Shown one piece after another: positions 59,292 through 64,000 of a stretch of DNA of 64,000 nt. Position numbers and translations under genes: made by a program. The first letter of the stretch is position 1, and every line of letters starts with the position of its first letter. The DNA comes from Paludibacteraceae bacterium (GTDB taxonomy: Bacteria; Bacteroidota; Bacteroidia; Bacteroidales; Paludibacteraceae): positions 5,479 through 69,478 of the forward strand of contig JAZUDI010000045.1 of NCBI GenBank assembly GCA_045639525.1, given 5' to 3'. The notes under the pieces are model-generated. The model was not told where the DNA came from. It did no database searches and saw only the letters and a program-made list of their open reading frames with translations.

Positions 59292-59804
59292 ATAGTTGTT
59301 TTATCTTTATCGGTTCAAGGATGAGCCCTTTACAGGTAAAAGGTGTTTTGAGTATAAATAAATCCTAATGAATTAACTGAAATATTGGTAAATGTTATAC
59401 TGTGCGAAGATAGATAATTATTTATTATAAACGATATATACTGATAAATATTTGTTGCATACTTATTATTACATAATAATAGGTGTAAGAATATTATAAA
59501 TATATTGTGGAAAGTATAAAAACATAATAAAGAGTGTAAAAAATATAAATATGATATGAAAAATTAGTCTAAAATATTGCCTGTTATATTTGAAAAAATT
59601 ATTTTTGCAACGAAAAGATTATAAGATGAATATCTAATCAGGACCTCTTTTCTTTTGAGATTTTCTCGAAACTATTGCTGAATTTGGGAGTATGGTTGCT
59701 ACGAATGTGTGGTTTCTTCTCTTTTTCGACACTGATTTCGTTGAACATATATTAAAAAATATACAAAAATTTTGAAAACATTTGTTTTGTATAAAAAATA
59801 CGCA

Positions 59805-59812
59805 TATATTTG
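59805..59812 (+). promoter_or_regulatory. -7 promoter box (TATATTTG) for the tra operon
   Basis: A TAnnTTTG match 43 nt upstream of the traE ATG. A TTTG lies about 15 nt further upstream. Confidence 0.45.
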
Positions 59813-59855
59813 CAAGTGTAAAAATAACACAAAACAATAATAAAAAAGTTTAATC

Positions 59856-60164
59856 ATGAAAAAAAGAATTATGACACTCGGCCTGATGGCCAGTAATTTT
59901 GTGGTTGCCTTGGCGGCGGATGTTCAATCTCAAAAAGGTCAACAAGCCTTATCTCAAGTAGAAACGGATATCAAGACCTATTTTGAAATCGCGTGTGGTA
60001 TCTTTTATGCGATTTGCGCTATCATGGCACTGGTGGGTGCCTTCAAGGTCTATTCCAAGTGGAGCAGTGGTGATCCCGACACAACCAAGGTGGCCGTAGG
60101 ATGGTTTGGTTCTCTGATCTTCGTGGCAGTGGTGGTGACGTTGATTAAATCCTTCTTTATTTAG
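59856..60164 (+). CDS. traE: Conjugative transposon protein TraE (DUF4134)
   Basis: A signal/transmembrane segment, then YFEIACGIFYAICAIMALVGAFKVYSKWSSGDPDT..., the typical TraE pattern. Confidence 0.8.
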   Translation: MKKRIMTLGLMASNFVVALAADVQSQKGQQALSQVETDIKTYFEIACGIFYAICAIMALVGAFKVYSKWSSGDPDTTKVAVGWFGSLIFVAVVVTLIKSFFI

Positions 60165-60229
60165 TCTTTTGTTTGCAAGGTCGTCGGTACCGTAGTTATT
60201 CGGTAGATGGTGCGTTTTATTCGTGGTTT

Positions 60230-60544
60230 ATGGAGTATACTATCAACAAGGGAGTGAATAGGCCTTTGGATTTTTATGGATTGAAGGAGACGTATATATT
60301 TTATTTTGCCGGTGGAGTGACCTGTGCGATTGTCTCCTATTTCATCCTGCAGTTCTTTATCACTTGGGTGGCGATTCTTGTCGCGCTGCTTATTGCGGCG
60401 GCCTCCTATGCGGTGACCTATTACCTGAATGACAAGTACGGGGCAAATGGCCTATCCAAAAGGATGGCGCAGAATGCTTGTCCGAAGCGAATCCAGTTGA
60501 AGCGGACTCGTCAACTCATCAGTAAAGGAGGTGTCAAACGATGA
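60230..60544 (+). CDS. traF: Conjugative transposon protein TraF (DUF4133)
   Basis: MEYTINKGVNRPLDFYGLK is followed by two transmembrane helices. The start was trimmed to the ATG at 60230. Confidence 0.75.
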   Translation: MEYTINKGVNRPLDFYGLKETYIFYFAGGVTCAIVSYFILQFFITWVAILVALLIAAASYAVTYYLNDKYGANGLSKRMAQNACPKRIQLKRTRQLISKGGVKR

Positions 60545-63057
60545 ATTTCAATGTGAAATCCAATGCGGTGGAGCATTGCTTCCCGTTGCTGTCGTATGAG
60601 GAGGGACTGTTGGTCTCCAAATCGGGCGATATCACCCGCCTTTTCGAATTGCAGTTGCCGGAGGTGTTCACCTCGTCGGATGGGGAGATAGACGCAATGA
60701 ACGAGTGTTGGTGCCGAGCGGTGCGTTCCTTGCCCGATTATTCGATAGTCCATAAACAGGATGTGTTCACCGACTCTCTCTACGAGGATCGACCGACCTC
60801 TGATAGCTTTTTGCAAGTGGCCTCCGTGAAACATTTTCAGGGAAGAACTGTTTTGAATCACCGCTCCTTCCTCTATGTCACGCTCTCCACAAAGAATGGC
60901 ATGAAAACCACTGCTGCCGCCAATGCGATATTAAGGAACCGCTTGGTGCCGAGGGAGTCGTTGGACGCCACCCGGATAGATGCCTTCAATGACTGTGTCA
61001 ATCAGATGGTGGCGATTCTTCGGTCGGGTGGTTTTGCCTGTCGTGAACTGACGGAGGATGAGGTGGTGGGAACGGAGGAGCGTTTCGGCATCATCGAGCA
61101 ATACCTCACATTGAACTACACGGGTAGAAACGAAATCCTCTATGATTTGCATGTGAATGAGGATGACTTGATGGTGGGGGATCGCTATCTCTCCTGCTTC
61201 TCTTTGGGGGAGTTGACGCAGTTGCCCAATGTCGTCTCCACCAGCAAGCGGAACGATAAACTCTCCTCGGATGTCTCTACTTTGGCCAACTGCTTTTCGT
61301 ATGAACTCTGTCTGAAACTGCCCTTCAACCATATCTACAACCAGTACATTTTTGTGGATGATTCCAATGAGAATCTGCGGGAACTGGAGAAGCAGGGGCG
61401 TAAGATGGAGTCGCTCTCGGCAATATCGAGGGAGAATGCGATCAACAAGGAGTTTAACGACGACTATTTGAATCAGGCGCAGATCATGAAGGAGCACAGT
61501 ATCCACGCCGCTTTCAATGTTATGGTGTGGGACGCTTCCTATACTCGTTTGCTGGAAAAAAATTCGCAAGTGGGTGGTGTGCTCTCCAACTTGGATTGCT
61601 CCGTGTCGAAAACCGAGGTGATTGTTCCCCATATTTTCTGGGCGGGTATTCCCGGCGCCTCTGCCAACTATCCGGAGGAGATGAAATTCCTTACCTTCAT
61701 CGCACCGAGTGTCTGCTTTTTCAACATGGAGAGCAACTATCGGAACATTTCGGGAGAGAAGGGTTGGGGCTTGAAGTTGACGGACCGCATCAGTGGTGTG
61801 CCTGTTCGTGTGGATCTCAGCGATGAACCAGTCAGAAGGGGTTGGGCCAGCGCTAAGAATAAGTTCATATTAGGCCCCTCCGGATCGGGAAAGTCTTTCT
61901 TCACGAATGTGATGATGGCGCAAAAATATGAGCAGGGAGAGCATCTGGTCATCGTGGATGTCGGCGACTCATATCTAGGATTGTGCCAATTGATCTCGGA
62001 GCAGACGAATGGCGAAGATGGGGTATATTTTACCTACAAGGAGGATGAGCCGATCGCGTTCAACCCCTTTTATGTGGAGGATTATGTCTACACGGAGGAG
62101 AAGATGGTGCAGTTGTTGTCGCTCATCTGCATTTTATGGAAGAACGAGCATGAGGAGATTTCGAAGGCGGAGGAGACTCACATTGAGACTGCCCTTAACT
62201 TATATATAAAAATTATTCAGGAGCATCGGGAGATATTCCCTTGCTTCGATACCTTCTACGCCTTTCTGTCCGACCAATTCAAGAAGTACATTTTACAGAA
62301 ATCGGTTCGGATAGAGAATTTCGACATCGACAATTTGATTCAGGTGTTGGCTCCCTATGCCAAAGGAGGAAAATACGGTTATTTGCTGAATTCGAGGGAT
62401 CGGGTGGATCTGCTCCATAAACGATTTATTGTTTTCGAGTTGGACAATATCAAAGACCACAAGGTGCTCTTCCCGATCGTGACCATCGTGCTGATGGACA
62501 CCTATATCGCTAAAATGAGACGTTTGGCGCCTCATGAGCGGAAGGTGATCTTGATCGAGGAGGCGTGGAAGGCGATCTCCAAGAGCGGTACGGCGGAGTT
62601 CATCAAGTATCTCTACAAAACGGTGCGTAAGCACAATGGAGAGGTGATGGTAGTTACCCAAGAGGTGGGGGATATCATTGGCAATGAAATCATCAAAGAT
62701 GCGATCATCAACAATGCGGATGAGAAGATCCTGTTGGACCAAAGTAAATTTTTGAACCGGTTCGATGAGATTCAGTCAACGTTGGCCCTTTCGGAGAAGG
62801 AGAAGGCGTTGGTGCTCTCCATCAACAGGGATTTACAAAGCAATGGGAATCGGGCCAAGTACAAGGAGGTGTTCATCTCGTTTAACTCAGCCTTTTCCGC
62901 TGTGTATGGCGTGGAGGTGTCGCCTGAGGAGTATTTGACCTTCTCCACCACGAAGGAGGAGAAGGGTGTCGTATTGGCGTATGCCAAGGAGTTGGGTTCG
63001 ATGCGGAAAGGAATCGAGAAGTATATTCAAGTTCATTATAAAAAGAGTATTGTATGA
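60541..63057 (+). CDS. traG: Conjugative transposon ATPase TraG (VirB4 family)
   Basis: 838 aa. Walker A is GPSGSGKSFFTN, and Walker B-like is VILIEEAWKA. The start overlaps the traF stop. Confidence 0.9.
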   Translation: MNFNVKSNAVEHCFPLLSYEEGLLVSKSGDITRLFELQLPEVFTSSDGEIDAMNECWCRAVRSLPDYSIVHKQDVFTDSLYEDRPTSDSFLQVASVKHFQGRTVLNHRSFLYVTLSTKNGMKTTAAANAILRNRLVPRESLDATRIDAFNDCVNQMVAILRSGGFACRELTEDEVVGTEERFGIIEQYLTLNYTGRNEILYDLHVNEDDLMVGDRYLSCFSLGELTQLPNVVSTSKRNDKLSSDVSTLANCFSYELCLKLPFNHIYNQYIFVDDSNENLRELEKQGRKMESLSAISRENAINKEFNDDYLNQAQIMKEHSIHAAFNVMVWDASYTRLLEKNSQVGGVLSNLDCSVSKTEVIVPHIFWAGIPGASANYPEEMKFLTFIAPSVCFFNMESNYRNISGEKGWGLKLTDRISGVPVRVDLSDEPVRRGWASAKNKFILGPSGSGKSFFTNVMMAQKYEQGEHLVIVDVGDSYLGLCQLISEQTNGEDGVYFTYKEDEPIAFNPFYVEDYVYTEEKMVQLLSLICILWKNEHEEISKAEETHIETALNLYIKIIQEHREIFPCFDTFYAFLSDQFKKYILQKSVRIENFDIDNLIQVLAPYAKGGKYGYLLNSRDRVDLLHKRFIVFELDNIKDHKVLFPIVTIVLMDTYIAKMRRLAPHERKVILIEEAWKAISKSGTAEFIKYLYKTVRKHNGEVMVVTQEVGDIIGNEIIKDAIINNADEKILLDQSKFLNRFDEIQSTLALSEKEKALVLSINRDLQSNGNRAKYKEVFISFNSAFSAVYGVEVSPEEYLTFSTTKEEKGVVLAYAKELGSMRKGIEKYIQVHYKKSIV

Positions 63058-63716
63058 AAGATCTAAAATGGATCATCACCATAGCCTTTATGGTTATTTA
63101 TCTGGCGGATGCCTTCTCACAGGGGGCCATGTTGGTGGAGGATCCTGCCTCCATTGCGCAGTCCGCCGCCCAATTCTGTGAGGAGATGACCGAGGCGGGC
63201 GACCAAAAAGCGACGCTCATCCAGCAGTTGAAACAGATGATACAGCAGGCTAAGTTGTTTAAAGACAATGCGGACAAGTACAAGAAGTGTATGAAGTGGG
63301 TGAAGAACGCGCGTGCGGCGATAGAGTTGTTGGATAAAGTAAATGCGCTGAAAGACAATTACTCCGCCTTCTACGATATGGTGAGAAAGTGCGATTGGTT
63401 AAGCAAGAAGGAACGTAATAATTTGATTTACAATGCAAACTTGATTGTAACGGAGTCTTCCCGAATTTATGAGGAGGCCAAAATAATCGTGCGGGAGTTC
63501 ACCGAGGAGGGCGACGCCGGGTTGAGTTCGTATGAACGTATCCAATTGCTGGAACAGTCCGGGACAAAGGTGGATGCTCTGAACGACAACCTGGATGTGA
63601 TGCGGGTGTATACGGAGAGAACGGTCGAGGAGCGTCAATATTATGCGGATCTTCATGCGGCCATGTACAACCAGTACGCTCCTTCGGATTGTCATGTGGA
63701 ATATAGTGTAAAGTAA
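63054..63716 (+). CDS. Conjugative transposon periplasmic protein, TraI-like (DUF4141-like)
   Basis: A signal peptide, then a helical Q/K-rich protein in the position after traG. The exact tra letter is uncertain. Confidence 0.55.
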   Translation: MKDLKWIITIAFMVIYLADAFSQGAMLVEDPASIAQSAAQFCEEMTEAGDQKATLIQQLKQMIQQAKLFKDNADKYKKCMKWVKNARAAIELLDKVNALKDNYSAFYDMVRKCDWLSKKERNNLIYNANLIVTESSRIYEEAKIIVREFTEEGDAGLSSYERIQLLEQSGTKVDALNDNLDVMRVYTERTVEERQYYADLHAAMYNQYAPSDCHVEYSVK

Positions 63717-63725
63717 AAAAAGAAT

Positions 63726-64000
63726 ATGGATAGTTTGGTTAGTGCGTTGACCTTTGAGTCGATTCCGAGTTTCGGAAATCGTTTGAACGAAATCTTGGGT
63801 TACTGTAAGGATGATTTGGGTAGTATCATGCATACCTCCATTTTGCTGTGTGGCCTATTTTCCCTGTTGTATATCGGCAACATCGTGTGGCAAAGTTGGT
63901 GCAATGGAGGCTCCATAAACATATATGCGTTGTTTCGCCCGGTGGTGATTGTCTTGGTGATTTCGAATTTTACGCTGTTCGTGAATGTCTTGGACACGCT
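63726..64000 (+). CDS. traJ: Conjugative transposon protein TraJ (VirB6-like), N-terminal part
   Basis: MDSLVSALTFESIPSFGNRLNEILGYCKDDLGSIMHTSILLCGLFSLLYIGNIVWQSW... is the typical TraJ N-terminus. The frame is open to the window end. Confidence 0.75.
   Translation, partial: MDSLVSALTFESIPSFGNRLNEILGYCKDDLGSIMHTSILLCGLFSLLYIGNIVWQSWCNGGSINIYALFRPVVIVLVISNFTLFVNVLDT

Larger units (their letters stand above)
59856..64000 (+). mobile_element. Bacteroidota conjugative-transposon (CTnDOT-like, T4SS type B) transfer module, partial; continues past the window end
   Basis: Collinear traE, traF, traG (VirB4-like ATPase), a traI-like gene and traJ, with overlapping starts and stops. Confidence 0.85.

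Noticed and set aside
59634-59837. A 67-aa minus-strand ORF in the AT-rich region upstream of traE.
   Set aside because: It lies in extremely AT-rich, low-complexity sequence and overlaps the predicted tra promoter. An ORF of this length is expected by chance there.
60931-61632. A 233-aa minus-strand ORF inside traG, and a similar 222-aa plus-strand ORF at 52848..53516 inside the T9SS cargo gene.
   Set aside because: Both are antisense to long genes with clear motifs (Walker A ATPase; Ig-like repeats and CTD). Both are shadow ORFs.

Overview
A 64-kb chromosomal window that looks like Bacteroidota, probably order Bacteroidales. Support: many TAnnTTTG -7 promoter boxes and few Shine-Dalgarno sites, an rpoZ-bamD pair, cargo proteins with T9SS type A and type B C-terminal sorting domains, and a CTnDOT-style traE-traF-traG...traJ module. 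Most of the window is densely packed housekeeping genes. These include two queA paralogues, dxr, rseP, rpe, tRNA-Pro(UGG), rpoZ, bamD, sufS-sufE, hemW, the block coaD-ftsX-uppP-truB-queA-ileS, metG, pnp and ubiE. Visibly AT-rich accessory islets interrupt this backbone. The regions most worth follow-up are:
- A five-gene operon (32.1-36.9 kb) encoding a circularly permuted ATP-grasp protein, an alpha-E protein, a transglutaminase and two AstE/AspA-fold paralogues. One paralogue has lost its zinc-binding histidines.
- An overlapping two-gene module (57.3-59.3 kb) next to the conjugative tra genes. The larger protein has an N-terminal domain that resembles TNT-type NAD+ glycohydrolases.
- A stand-alone 369-aa protein with a C-terminal Rx4H (HEPN-like) motif.
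- A GNAT toxin-like gene preceded by a 52-aa ORF that is below the ORF-track cutoff.
- Two independent cases of an AT-rich gene cassette flanked by roughly 100-bp direct repeats that duplicate the neighbouring gene junction or promoter.
- A roughly 240-bp compound palindrome made of four CGTCT-N3-AGACG hairpins, next to an IS5-type transposase remnant.
All family assignments come from reading the translated sequences for motifs. No database search was run.
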